Sequence record: DRR378314_223 | DNA length: 64,000 nt | Direction: 5' to 3' (one strand) | Part shown: piece after piece, positions 8,989 through 18,430 of the stretch | Position numbering within the stretch: the stretch's first letter is position 1 | Layout: every line of letters starts with the position of its first letter | Made by a program: the position numbers and the translations under genes | Notes under the pieces: model-generated | Database searches by the model: none | What the model saw: only the letters and a program-made list of their open reading frames with translations | Told to the model about the DNA's origin: nothing

Positions 8989-9537
8989 CTACATGAGGAA
9001 TCCAGGCAGATTAATGATCTTCGCGATCAGCGGCTCAGGCCAGACAACGCCTAGTACCCTGCTGAAATGGTAGAACAGTAGATAGATGGTCAGTACGATT
9101 AAGACGACGATCAACCAGAGCTTGGCCTTGGCTTCCACCCTTAGGTAGGCGGCCATATAAAGTGGCACGGCAATCTTGAACCCCAACAGCCAAATACCTA
9201 GAAACAAAGCGGAAACCCAAAAGATAAACCGGATCAAGCGCGTTCGAAACAAATCAGGCGGGGTCTCCAGATCGGCCGCGATTTCAATCTGGCCAGAGCC
9301 GTCATCATCGGCCATTGGCTGTCCGAATAGCGAAAAAAGCAGCTGTAGAACCGAAAGAAACAATCCAACAAGGCTGACGGCCAGCGGAAACAACTTCCCC
9401 GCCTGACTAAAGTCCAGCGCGGCGATTGCTGCGGTGCCAAACAGACAGATCAGCCCGATATTCAGGACCCTGTCCTGGATTCTGAGGCGACGTTGCTCTG
9501 GGCGGTCCAGGGTATCCAGTTTTGAAGCATCAGTCAT
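8989..9537 (-). CDS. tctB: Tripartite tricarboxylate transporter small subunit (TctB family)
   Basis: Several TM helices, FPLAV and LLGFKIA motifs; overlaps the tctA stop. Confidence 0.75.
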   Translation of the reverse strand: MTDASKLDTLDRPEQRRLRIQDRVLNIGLICLFGTAAIAALDFSQAGKLFPLAVSLVGLFLSVLQLLFSLFGQPMADDDGSGQIEIAADLETPPDLFRTRLIRFIFWVSALFLGIWLLGFKIAVPLYMAAYLRVEAKAKLWLIVVLIVLTIYLLFYHFSRVLGVVWPEPLIAKIINLPGFLM

Positions 9538-11026
9538 CTTCTACTGCCTTTGGATTAAATTTACTGCGCAGGTAGCCACCTGCTCCGAGACCCGCCAGAA
9601 TCGACATGATTGTTATTATTCCGATCACGATCACCAGCGGTCTTGTCAGCCATTCAGCGCCGTACCTCATGCTCGAAAGCCAGAGATAACGCTCCATAAT
9701 CCCGCCAAGGACAAAACCAATCAGAAGGGGCGGGCGTGGCCAGCCCAACCGTTTCATAAACCAGCCCAGAACACTGATTCCGATCAGCAGCAGCAGGTCG
9801 CCCCAGCTTCTTGTTGATTGATAGGAGGCCAGCAAAATGATTACGAGCGCGAAGGGGATCCAGTAATGGATGCTGATTGTCGTAATTCGCGCAATAGGAG
9901 CACTGATCGCCATGCAAACCAGCGAAGCGATGATGTTTCCCAATGCCAACCCCCAGACCATCATATAGGCCATATCCAATTGCTGGGTCAGCATTGTCGG
10001 ACCGGGATTGATGCCCAGTACAACCAACGCATAAAGGAAAACTGCCATCGCGGCACTGCCGGGAATGCCAAATAGGATCGTCGGGATGAGTGAGCCACCC
10101 GCAGAGGAATCATTGGCTGACTCGGGCGCAATCACCCCGCGAATATCGCCCCTGCCAAACTGCGATTTGTCTTTGGCCGTCTGTACGGCATGACCATAGG
10201 CCATCCAGTTTGCGGCAGAAGCGCCCATGCCCGGCAGAAACCCGACGAACGTGCCAATGACGCTGCAGCGCAGGACCAACCAGATATTCCGAAATACATC
10301 CTTGATACCGTTCAAGACACCCTTTCCCAGCCCCGGCGTGTCAGAAATCGTGGTACCTCGCACCACCAAATCTACAATTTCGGGAATTGCAAACAATCCC
10401 ATTGCGAGCACCACCAGAGGCATTCCTTCCATCATGTAAGGAAGGCCGAATGTGTACCGGAGATCGACCGCCGACGGTGCGCCGCCGATCGTGCTAAGCC
10501 AGACACCCAGGAAGCCGGCAATGATGCCTCTCAACGGTCTCTTGCCGCTCAACACACCGACCATCGTGATGCCAAGGATTGCCAGCATCAGAAATTCCGG
10601 CGACCCCAGTGAGGAGATGATCGGTTTTGCCAATGGCAGGGACAAGGACAAGGCGATAGCGCCGACTACGCCGCCGATCAGCGACGCGGTAAAAGCAGCG
10701 GCAAGCGCGCGCCCGGCCTGGCCTTTCCGCGCCAGCGGATAGCCATCCATGATCGTAGCCTGCGAACCGGCCGTACCAGGTAAGGCAAAAAGGATCGCAG
10801 GGATGCTGTCCACTGTTCTAAGCATTGCGGTCATACCCATGAACAACGCCAATGCCGCATAGGGATCCATGCCATAGACAAAGGGCAACAGGATGATCAT
10901 TCCCACTGTGCCACCCAGCCCGGGGAGAATGCCGACGAATACTCCTGCCAATACACCGGTGAGGAGCATGGCGAGATTATAAGGCTGAAGTAGCGTCAGA
11001 AACGCCGAGAGAGCAGCTTCCGTCAT
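9530..11026 (-). CDS. tctA: Tripartite tricarboxylate transporter permease (TctA family)
   Basis: GILPGLG, DGYPLARKGQAGRAL, GVIAPESANDS, IPTILFGIPG and WPRPPLLIGFVLG. ATG 11026 fits the RBS GAAAGGAG (alternative start 11032). Confidence 0.92.
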   Translation of the reverse strand: MTEAALSAFLTLLQPYNLAMLLTGVLAGVFVGILPGLGGTVGMIILLPFVYGMDPYAALALFMGMTAMLRTVDSIPAILFALPGTAGSQATIMDGYPLARKGQAGRALAAAFTASLIGGVVGAIALSLSLPLAKPIISSLGSPEFLMLAILGITMVGVLSGKRPLRGIIAGFLGVWLSTIGGAPSAVDLRYTFGLPYMMEGMPLVVLAMGLFAIPEIVDLVVRGTTISDTPGLGKGVLNGIKDVFRNIWLVLRCSVIGTFVGFLPGMGASAANWMAYGHAVQTAKDKSQFGRGDIRGVIAPESANDSSAGGSLIPTILFGIPGSAAMAVFLYALVVLGINPGPTMLTQQLDMAYMMVWGLALGNIIASLVCMAISAPIARITTISIHYWIPFALVIILLASYQSTRSWGDLLLLIGISVLGWFMKRLGWPRPPLLIGFVLGGIMERYLWLSSMRYGAEWLTRPLVIVIGIITIMSILAGLGAGGYLRSKFNPKAVEDD

Positions 11027-11068
11027 CGCCATCTCCTTTCGGGCTTGGGGCTCAAACGTCTGAGCTGA

Positions 11069-11488
11069 CTACTCAAAGTTTACGTCAGTGCTTGCCAGTA
11101 TGTTGTACCCGCCATCGGTAACCGAAACGGCATAGGTATTCTTATCCAGCAGTTTTCGCCGCACGAAAGCGCCATAAGAAAGCGTTGTCGAAACGGTGCC
11201 GTCGCTACGGACCGTAAGGGGCGGTTCCAGATATTCGGCCACGTCCGACTCCAGCCCGTCGTTGGTTGCCAGCAGCATGAAAATCTCGGAGCCGGGTTCG
11301 AACCCGGTCCCATTGATCGTAACCGTGCCTTCTCTGGTCAAGGGCACCGTTTCCGGATCTGCACTTAGTGTCATCTCCGCTGCCGCCACACTGCCTACTA
11401 ACGCGATAGCCAATGCGGTTGGGATTACGCGTGACAGCGGTGTTACACAATTTTTGAGAATATTGTTCATATCAGCACCTGTGTTCAT
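11069..11488 (-). CDS. Small secreted protein, probable Ig-like (IPT/TIG-type) beta-sandwich
   Basis: ATG 11488 overlaps the tctC stop (ATGA; alternative start 11470). Signal peptide ...TALAIALVGSVAAA; mature part is beta-strand patterned with GTVTINGTGFEPG. Confidence 0.65.
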   Translation of the reverse strand: MNTGADMNNILKNCVTPLSRVIPTALAIALVGSVAAAEMTLSADPETVPLTREGTVTINGTGFEPGSEIFMLLATNDGLESDVAEYLEPPLTVRSDGTVSTTLSYGAFVRRKLLDKNTYAVSVTDGGYNILASTDVNFE

Positions 11489-12600
11489 TCGTTGATTTTT
11501 ACGCCGTATTCCGAGCTGAGCCAGTTTCTGAGCCATGGAATGGCTTCTTCACTGTTGGCCAGAATATCGGCACGGACTTTCTTGGCGGATTCACCAGTAT
11601 AGATCTGCGCTCCGAGCAAGATCTTCTCGGAGGCTGCCTGAAAATCAGGATCACTCATCATGCTGGCGACACCTCCATCGAGATGAGCAAGTATGTCTTC
11701 CGCACCAGGCGGCAGATAGATGGGCTTGTTGAAGGTACGGATATATGCGCTGTACCATTCAAAGATATTCAGCACCTTTTCTGTCTCGCCTTCCGGTTCT
11801 TTGCCAAACTGCTGAACATAGAATTCACGCACGGTCGGCACGTCAGAGATCATCGAGAGCCTCTCCAATTTCCCGCTTTCACCGGTGATGCCACTTTGCC
11901 AAAGAGGTGTGACTTCACCCTTTTCAGCCAGCGGCATGATAGATCCAGCATAATGTGCGACGCCCTCAACGGTCATGTCGATCTCACCCGATAGGAACGC
12001 TGTCCGACCCGTTCCGGTGTCATAGCCATGGATGCTGTTTGCGACTTCAAATCCAAGCACTTCTTTGGCCAGTTCGAAATGGATGGTGTTGGTCCAGGGC
12101 ATGGGATTGCCGCCATAGATCAGGTCCTTGGAGCGATCAAAGAACTCTGTTGCCGATGGCACCTTTCCGCCATTAGCGTAGGTTATAACCCCAACCGGGA
12201 AGGCCATTATGACAGGAAAATCTCTGGTGTCATATTCAACACCTTGCGTCTTGACGAGTGAATTGACCGCCACCACGCCAGAGCCGGTCATGATGACTGT
12301 CCCGTCTTTTGGGGCCGAGTTATAGAACCAATTCGAAGCAACCAAACTTTGCCCGCCAAGCATGTAACGCAGTACGACCCTTGGCGAACCTGGCAAGTGT
12401 TTTGGTAGGTATTCAGCCAAAAGGCGTGATACCCGATCGGCACCGCCACCGGGTCCATGGGGCACTACAATAGTAATGGTTTTGCCCTTGTAATACTCCT
12501 CTGCAGCGGCTTGGGAAACAGCGCCAAAGAGAGCGATCGTCAACAAAACTGCGACCGCAATTGATCTAAGCTTGTCCATCTTTTTTCCATCGGTTTTCAT
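11485..12600 (-). CDS. tctC: Tripartite tricarboxylate transporter substrate-binding protein (TctC/Bug family)
   Basis: Signal peptide; YKGKTITIVVPHGPGGGADRVSR, APKDG, AFLSGEID and DVPT motifs. Confidence 0.88.
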   Translation of the reverse strand: MKTDGKKMDKLRSIAVAVLLTIALFGAVSQAAAEEYYKGKTITIVVPHGPGGGADRVSRLLAEYLPKHLPGSPRVVLRYMLGGQSLVASNWFYNSAPKDGTVIMTGSGVVAVNSLVKTQGVEYDTRDFPVIMAFPVGVITYANGGKVPSATEFFDRSKDLIYGGNPMPWTNTIHFELAKEVLGFEVANSIHGYDTGTGRTAFLSGEIDMTVEGVAHYAGSIMPLAEKGEVTPLWQSGITGESGKLERLSMISDVPTVREFYVQQFGKEPEGETEKVLNIFEWYSAYIRTFNKPIYLPPGAEDILAHLDGGVASMMSDPDFQAASEKILLGAQIYTGESAKKVRADILANSEEAIPWLRNWLSSEYGVKINE

Positions 12601-12721
12601 ATTTGCATTCCTCTAATACTGGTATTTTTTGAGTGCTCACCTGAGAAACGGTATCGGGCTGCTTTGCCGAAAACCCACGTTTGGCCGTATCTAGACCCGC
12701 GTGTGTCTTCAAATATCTCGA

Positions 12722-12736
12722 CTATCGATACGATAG
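12722..12736. promoter_or_regulatory. Candidate LysR binding site
   Basis: Palindrome CTATCG-ATA-CGATAG containing T-N11-A, between divergent tctC and lysR. Confidence 0.55.
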
Positions 12737-12845
12737 CGGATTCCCAGCTCGTGGTAGAAACGATATTTATTTCTTGCCCCTATCGCAAAAACTAATATCC
12801 TCGAAATGCTTCGACGGGAGCTGCCCTACGAAAGAGAGTTATGCG

Positions 12846-13751
12846 ATGGATTTCAGACAGATGACGTACTTTCTTGCCGTTGCCGACGCCGGGAGTTTCT
12901 CCCGCGCTTCGCGGGCAATCAATGTAACGCAATCGGCCCTCAGCCAGCAGATCAAGGGCCTCGAAGACGACATTGGGACCAAACTCTTCGAACGCTCGCC
13001 ATCGGGCGTTTTCCTGACGCAATCGGGAAAAATTTTCCGACAATACGCCCAGGAGATCTCTTCGCTATCAGAGCGGGCAAGGTATGAAGCCCTGGTAAAC
13101 GAGGATAAAGTCGAGGGAGCGGTTAGTCTTGCGCTGTCGAACACAATGGCCGATTTGATCCTGCCAACTCTCCTCCGGCGCATGGATATCGAATGCCCGA
13201 GAGTCCAGTTGAAAATAGTCGAGGGTCCGAGCACTCAGACAATCGAACTACTGGAAAATTGCCGAATTGATCTGGGCATTGTGCCAGATCACAATATGCC
13301 GGGCAGCATTGAGTTTGTTCAATGCATGCATAAGCGACTTCAGTTTTTCGGGTCGCGAGAAAAATTTGACGTGCCAGTGAGCAGCGACCGTTGCATTGAC
13401 CTGAAAGATGCCGCGAAGTTTCCGCTGGCTGTTTTCTCCAAGCGGCCATCGATACGGCAAACAATCGAAGACGCGGCGGCAGAAAGGGAGATAAAGATGG
13501 AGTTCAAGGTCGAAAGCAGTTCGGCAAGCATCGTCCGCTCATATGTGATCGGAGGATTGGCTTGCGCGATAATTCCGGACATTCTTTTCCAGAACGCTGT
13601 CTTGGAAAGCAGATTTTTTGCGCTGGATGTAGTCAACCCCAGTATTGAGCGTTCCTATGGGGTGGGTTCACCCAAGGCTCGACCACCACACCGGCCAGCC
13701 CGAATTGTACAGGAAATGCTCATCGAAATTCTGGGGACAAATTCCGATTAG
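12846..13751 (+). CDS. LysR-family regulator
   Basis: MDFRQMTYFLAVADAGSFSRASRAINVTQSALSQQIKGLEDDIG HTH; ~300 aa from ATG 12846. Confidence 0.92.
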   Translation: MDFRQMTYFLAVADAGSFSRASRAINVTQSALSQQIKGLEDDIGTKLFERSPSGVFLTQSGKIFRQYAQEISSLSERARYEALVNEDKVEGAVSLALSNTMADLILPTLLRRMDIECPRVQLKIVEGPSTQTIELLENCRIDLGIVPDHNMPGSIEFVQCMHKRLQFFGSREKFDVPVSSDRCIDLKDAAKFPLAVFSKRPSIRQTIEDAAAEREIKMEFKVESSSASIVRSYVIGGLACAIIPDILFQNAVLESRFFALDVVNPSIERSYGVGSPKARPPHRPARIVQEMLIEILGTNSD

Positions 13752-13886
13752 TTATGCCAGAGCCAAGTCTCGATCAGTACTGCAGAGAGCGATTGCAGCC
13801 TTTGCAACTGGATGCCTGCGCCGATGACTACGATACGTGCGCTACTTTTCGTTTCGTATCTTCGCATATTAATTGCAACAAATTTT

Positions 13887-13906
13887 TGTATACAGAGCTG
13901 TGCCCA
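13887..13906. promoter_or_regulatory. Candidate GntR operator upstream of gntR
   Basis: TGTATACAGAGCTGTGCCCA shares the TGTATACAGA core with the site at 16628. Confidence 0.55.
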
Positions 13907-13978
13907 TGTATGTCCACAAATTTATTGACTTTCATCTATGACGTTGTGAAAAAGGAATAAAATGAAGGAAATCCAACT

Positions 13979-14641
13979 GTGAATTCAAGCGTCGATCTCG
14001 TCTATGAGCAGGTTCGCAAGATGGCGGCCAGCTTCGAATTCAAGCCTGCGGAACGGATCAATGAGAGTGAACTTTCAAAGGCGCTTGGTGCCAGCAGGAC
14101 TCCCCTGCGCGAAGCAATGAACCGGTTGGCAGCCGAAGGCCTCTTGGTTTTCGAAAGCGGCCGCGGTTTTTTTTGCCAACCCCTCAGTCCGACACTTGTT
14201 GTGCATCTATATGAGTTGCGGGAAGCGCTCGAAACTAGTGCGGTGCGTCTGGCTGTAGAACGCGCATCGGACATGCAACTTGATGAAGTAAAATCATATT
14301 TAAATGAGATCGCCCCACGTTACACTGATGGAACGGCTGCCCGGGAAATTGTGGCGTTGGATGAAGAGTTCCACCTCAAGATCGCCACCCTATCCGGAAA
14401 TCCAGAATTACTGAACATGATCGAGATGACCTATGCGCGCATACGTTATGTCCGTTGGATCGCTATGCGCGAAAAGATCGATATTACGCACGCAGCGCAC
14501 CTCCATATTGTTGACGCCCTCATTGCGCGAAACGCTGACGAGGCCGTCAAACGCATGCGCGACCACATCAAGACGAGCAATGAAGAAGCAACAGATACCG
14601 TCGAGAAAGCCTTTTCACAAATTTACGTGCCACGGCACTGA
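13979..14641 (+). CDS. GntR-family regulator (FCD domain)
   Basis: ERINESELSKALGASRTPLREAM HTH; LYELREALE, DEEFH, SGN and H..IVDAL; GTG start with RBS AAGGA. Confidence 0.92.
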   Translation: MNSSVDLVYEQVRKMAASFEFKPAERINESELSKALGASRTPLREAMNRLAAEGLLVFESGRGFFCQPLSPTLVVHLYELREALETSAVRLAVERASDMQLDEVKSYLNEIAPRYTDGTAAREIVALDEEFHLKIATLSGNPELLNMIEMTYARIRYVRWIAMREKIDITHAAHLHIVDALIARNADEAVKRMRDHIKTSNEEATDTVEKAFSQIYVPRH

Positions 14642-14669
14642 AGCAAATCAAAAGAAAGCAAGAATATGA

Positions 14670-14698
14670 CGCCTTACGCATATGACGTACGCAAGGCG
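14670..14698 (-). terminator. Probable intrinsic terminator downstream of the ThDP enzyme gene
   Basis: Minus strand CGCCTTGCGTA-loop-TGCGTAAGGCG (with G-U pairs) followed by a T-rich tract. Confidence 0.5.
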
Positions 14699-14854
14699 AC
14701 TGGCCTTCCGGTCTTTTCTATCTTTTCCTTTGTGAACTGATTTCATCAGGGGCTTGTGCCCGGCAGGTTTCGGCTTGAACTGGATGACCCCCGCTTAGGT
14801 CTGTTTTAGGGCAGCGCCTGGGCTAAAATCACATTGATAACTGGGATGTCTTCA

Positions 14855-16588
14855 CTATTCGAAGTAGGGCAAGTTCTTTGCTTTCGCGGCCTGGACCCAG
14901 TTGGGTACGAAGGGCACGATCTTATCCTGAGAAGGCACCATCATCTCGATGAAGCTCGCGCCACTATGGCTGAGCGCGGCACCAAGCACGTCCTTGATCT
15001 GTTCGTCCGCAGTGATCCGCGCCGTCTGAAACCCAAAGGCTTCCGCAAGCTTGATGTAATCGACCGCCCCGAAATCTGTTGACCAGGGTTCATCAACATC
15101 ATCCAGCAGGATCGCTTCGCCGCGGATCCAGCCAAAAGTGTCGTTGCGGGTCAGAATGACAGTCACGTTCTTGCCGCTGCGTTTGATCGTTTCCATGTCA
15201 CCCATGACAAAACCAAAGGAACCGTCACCGGTGAACGAAATCACCGGACCATCATTGGCGTATGCGGCCCCCAGAGCTGCAGGAACGGAATAGCCAAGCG
15301 CGCCCATCGAGTAATTGGTGATGTAGCGTCGCCCTGCCTCCTTGATCGTCAGCAAGGCCGAGGGGTAGATCGCGCTGACCCCCGGTTCGGAGGTAACAAT
15401 CGCGTTGGCGGGCAGCATCTCGTCAAGTGCCTGACTCAACTTAACGGGGGAAACCGTGCCATCAGGCATCTCAATGTTTGAGTTGAACACCTTGTTCAGA
15501 GCGGTTGTCTTGATCGGGTTCAGGTTGACCTTGGGTCGGTCAAGGTTGGGGTGCTCGGCTTTAACGAGGGCAACCATGTATTCCAAGCTTGCGCGGGCGT
15601 CGCCCACCATCCCGATTTTTACGGGGTAGTTATTGCCGATGTGAGCCTCGGCGATATCAAGGTGCAAGAAGGTCTTGGATTTAGGATCGCCATAAAGCTT
15701 CCAGTGATCGGTTGCGGCACTATCGGTGTTTGTGCCAACGAAGAAGATAGTATCGGCGTCACGCACGTAGTTGTTTGAATACGCCATGCCGCCCCTTCCA
15801 CCAACTACGCGCAGCGCCAGTGGGTGGTTCTCGGGAATTGTGCCTTTACCCGGCGTGGTCGTACCTACAGGAATTTGAACCAGCTCTGCCAGTTCCAGCA
15901 GCACCTCGGAGGCCTTTGAGATCAGCCCCCCCTGCCCGGAAACAATCGCTGGCTTTTTCGCGGCGAGTAGTATGTCAATCGCGGCGCGGATCTTGGAATG
16001 GTCCGCCACAGGGCGATGCGCAGGGTATTGACTGTACTCAGGCTCGGCATAAAGGTCGGCAATCTCCGCCTCTTCATGAAAGATATTGATGGGCACGCGG
16101 ATATGCACTGGTGCCGGGCGGCCCGAAGTCGCAACCCGAAAGGCCCGCCGCATCAGAAAAGGGATTTCCTTAGCATTTGTCAGGACGAAGGATTCTTTGG
16201 AAATACTGTGATACAAAGCGGTCTGATCAATGCCTGTAAGCCCGTGCTTCTTGTCCTGATTGATCGGGATATCCGAACTGAAATAAATGATCGGCACAGA
16301 ACTCAGATATGCTTCAGTCATTCCTGGTGTGCAGTGGGTCACGCCCGGACTTGGTGCTTCAAGCACGCAGGGTCTGCCGGTGATTTTGGCGTAAGCCTCT
16401 GCGGCATATGATGCGGTGCGTTCATCTCGGGTCAGGACATACGCGATGTCGGAATGTTCCCGCCACTCCTTGTACCAACCGAGCGTTGTTTCTCCGGGAA
16501 GACCGAAGACGTGCTTAACTCCGTGGAGTTCCAACATTTTCAAGATGATCTGTGCGCCATTCAAGTGGACAGTTTCCGAAGAGTTCAT
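14855..16588 (-). CDS. Thiamine-diphosphate-dependent enzyme (acetolactate synthase large subunit-like), substrate unknown
   Basis: VFGLPG, TRDERTASYAAEAYAKITG, ATSGRPAPVHI, MGALGYSVPAALGA and GDGSF...RN. Confidence 0.88.
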   Translation of the reverse strand: MNSSETVHLNGAQIILKMLELHGVKHVFGLPGETTLGWYKEWREHSDIAYVLTRDERTASYAAEAYAKITGRPCVLEAPSPGVTHCTPGMTEAYLSSVPIIYFSSDIPINQDKKHGLTGIDQTALYHSISKESFVLTNAKEIPFLMRRAFRVATSGRPAPVHIRVPINIFHEEAEIADLYAEPEYSQYPAHRPVADHSKIRAAIDILLAAKKPAIVSGQGGLISKASEVLLELAELVQIPVGTTTPGKGTIPENHPLALRVVGGRGGMAYSNNYVRDADTIFFVGTNTDSAATDHWKLYGDPKSKTFLHLDIAEAHIGNNYPVKIGMVGDARASLEYMVALVKAEHPNLDRPKVNLNPIKTTALNKVFNSNIEMPDGTVSPVKLSQALDEMLPANAIVTSEPGVSAIYPSALLTIKEAGRRYITNYSMGALGYSVPAALGAAYANDGPVISFTGDGSFGFVMGDMETIKRSGKNVTVILTRNDTFGWIRGEAILLDDVDEPWSTDFGAVDYIKLAEAFGFQTARITADEQIKDVLGAALSHSGASFIEMMVPSQDKIVPFVPNWVQAAKAKNLPYFE

Positions 16589-16627
16589 GGCAGTTGCCCT
16601 TTCAATAGGTCATAATGCATGTAGTGC

Positions 16628-16647
16628 TGTATACAGATCTATATACA
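16628..16647. promoter_or_regulatory. Candidate GntR operator upstream of the ThDP enzyme gene
   Basis: Near-perfect palindrome TGTATACAGATCTATATACA. Confidence 0.65.
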
Positions 16648-16937
16648 CCCTTAACAGTGATAAATTTGATCTTTTTGGAGTCGACAGCTTTGCTAAGTCT
16701 GCGCTGAAGTCGCAGTAGCGCCAGCCCCTATGACGCGGCCTCATAAAGCAAACCGTGCCTATATGATCCCGATGCAGAATTGTCGTTCAGTCAGGACTGG
16801 GTGGCTCGTGTACAGGTACAAGGGGCGAAATTGGTAAAAAGGCAGCATCGGTAGTTTCGGGCAAGTTTTGGAAAACTCATCCTTGGTCGTTGGGTGAACT
16901 TCTTGGTCAATTCTTCCACCGGATAGGAGGATATGCG

Positions 16938-17355
16938 ATGTTAGCGCCAAGGCAGAAAGCACTGTCCGACGTCAGCGGATACCCCGGTTCTGCGGTTTCT
17001 ACGTGAACTTGAAGCGCATCTTGGTATTGAGTGGACGCAGACACCTGAAGGCCCTCGCGCTCTGACCTTCACACCTGCTGGAGCCGCGCTTGGCAAAGCG
17101 GCGATCACCGAAGCACTTCACCGCAAGTCAGCGACCATTGAAACGCCCCCCCCTGTGGCAAGCAGATGGTTGCTGCATCGGCTTTCGAAAGTGGAGAAGG
17201 TTATTGCCTCTGTTTGTGTTGCCATCAGTTTGATTTTGGCTAGCAGCGCGCTTGCCCGAAAGTGCGCTGCAGGATCGGGGCTTCGCCAAACGCTTTCTTT
17301 CAGAGACACCGAATCGAACCAGTTCCAAAGGCACAGACAAATTCAGTTTGGCTAG
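16938..17355 (+). pseudogene. Degraded GcvA-like LysR regulator
   Basis: RBS AGGAGG, then ATG 16938 ...GSAVST*. A shifted frame gives RELEAHLG...LTFTPAGAAL...TIETPPPVASRWLLHRL. The 3' limit is approximate. Confidence 0.6.
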
Positions 17356-17516
17356 ATTTCCGAGAGTTCGAGGTGGTTCTCGGTCTCGCAACCAACTCAG
17401 GCCGCCAGAAACTTCCAGACAGAAATCCGGCACTTACAATACATTACATATACTTACGAGGCGTATGGGGTGAAGAACTTGCCGCAAATCAAGTCTCCTC
17501 AATATATTTATGGATT

Positions 17517-17537
17517 TTGGATACAATATCCCATAAA
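17517..17537. promoter_or_regulatory. Hydroxyproline-regulon operator upstream of the ABC operon
   Basis: TTGGATACAATATCCCATAAA, nearly identical to 26751-26770. Confidence 0.75.
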
Positions 17538-17570
17538 GAATCAGACATCGATAAACTTTGGGAGGAACAA

Positions 17571-18371
17571 ATGCTTAAGAAATTCATAATGGCCGCGGCC
17601 TTAACTACGCTCACGGCGCTTCCCGCCGTGGCGGATACTCTGGATGATGTCGTGGACCGGGGAACACTGCGCTGCGGTGTTGTTCTCGATTTTCCGCCAA
17701 TCGGTTACCGGGATGCCAATAACGAGGCAGCTGGCTTTGACGTTGATTATTGCAACGACTTGGCCGCGTCACTTGAAGTCGACGCCGAGATCCTACCGGT
17801 AACTTGGGCTGAACGTCTGCCTGTGATCGTGACAGGTCGCGCTGATGTCGTGTTCGGGGCAACATCAGATAGCCTTGCACGTGCGCGTACGGTAGGTTTC
17901 ACCATTCCCTACGCCATTTACTACGCACAAGGGGTTGTGAACGCTGACAGCGGAATCGAAAGTTTTGAAGACATTCGCGGAAAGCGTGTTGCCGCGGCGA
18001 TCGGCACCGTACCCGAGCAGGAATGGCTGAAGATCGCTGCCGAGTGGGGCGAAGAAGGTAACTATCAGGGCTACCAGTCAGAAAACGAAGTGTTCTTGGC
18101 CGTTGCACAGGGCAAGGCGGACATTGGCATCACCACCAACACCGCCGTTCTTCCGATCACTCAGCAGTATGACAGCATCCTTGCAGGTCCACGCATGCCT
18201 TGGACCACCGATTACACATCGGTTGTTGCCAAACGTGATGACGTAACCTGGCTGAATTATCTGAACCTGTTTGTAACCCATCAGGTTCGTTCCGGTCGGT
18301 ATAGCGAGCTCTGGGGTACTTATGTCGGCGGCGAAGCGCCTGAGCTGCGTATCCCCGGCGTCATGTACTGA
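17571..18371 (+). CDS. Polar amino acid ABC substrate-binding protein, probably hydroxyproline (HypM-like)
   Basis: RBS GGAGG; signal peptide; SBP family 3 motifs (DFPP, GFDVD); lies upstream of Hyp enzymes. Confidence 0.88.
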   Translation: MLKKFIMAAALTTLTALPAVADTLDDVVDRGTLRCGVVLDFPPIGYRDANNEAAGFDVDYCNDLAASLEVDAEILPVTWAERLPVIVTGRADVVFGATSDSLARARTVGFTIPYAIYYAQGVVNADSGIESFEDIRGKRVAAAIGTVPEQEWLKIAAEWGEEGNYQGYQSENEVFLAVAQGKADIGITTNTAVLPITQQYDSILAGPRMPWTTDYTSVVAKRDDVTWLNYLNLFVTHQVRSGRYSELWGTYVGGEAPELRIPGVMY

Positions 18372-18388
18372 TCGCTTCCTAAAAACCT

Positions 18389-18415
18389 TCTCTGCCCGGA
18401 CAGTCCGGGCGGAGA
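18389..18415 (+). other. Intercistronic hairpin after the SBP gene (mRNA stabiliser or partial terminator)
   Basis: Inverted repeat TCTCTGCCCGGAC-A-GTCCGGGCGGAGA. Confidence 0.5.
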
Positions 18416-18430
18416 CTGGAAGGAATTCAA

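Noticed and set aside
12681..12845. N-terminal extension of LysR in the ORF track
   Set aside because: The HTH begins at ATG 12846; the upstream part is the divergent promoter region.
14855..16588. ThDP enzyme as IolD (given the nearby iol genes) or as anabolic IlvB
   Set aside because: It lacks the IolD GIFGHGN-type N-terminal motif, has no ilvH partner and has its own GntR operator.
17262..17570. N-terminal extension of the amino acid SBP in the ORF track
   Set aside because: The real start is ATG 17571 (GGAGG RBS, signal peptide), and the extension overlaps the operator.
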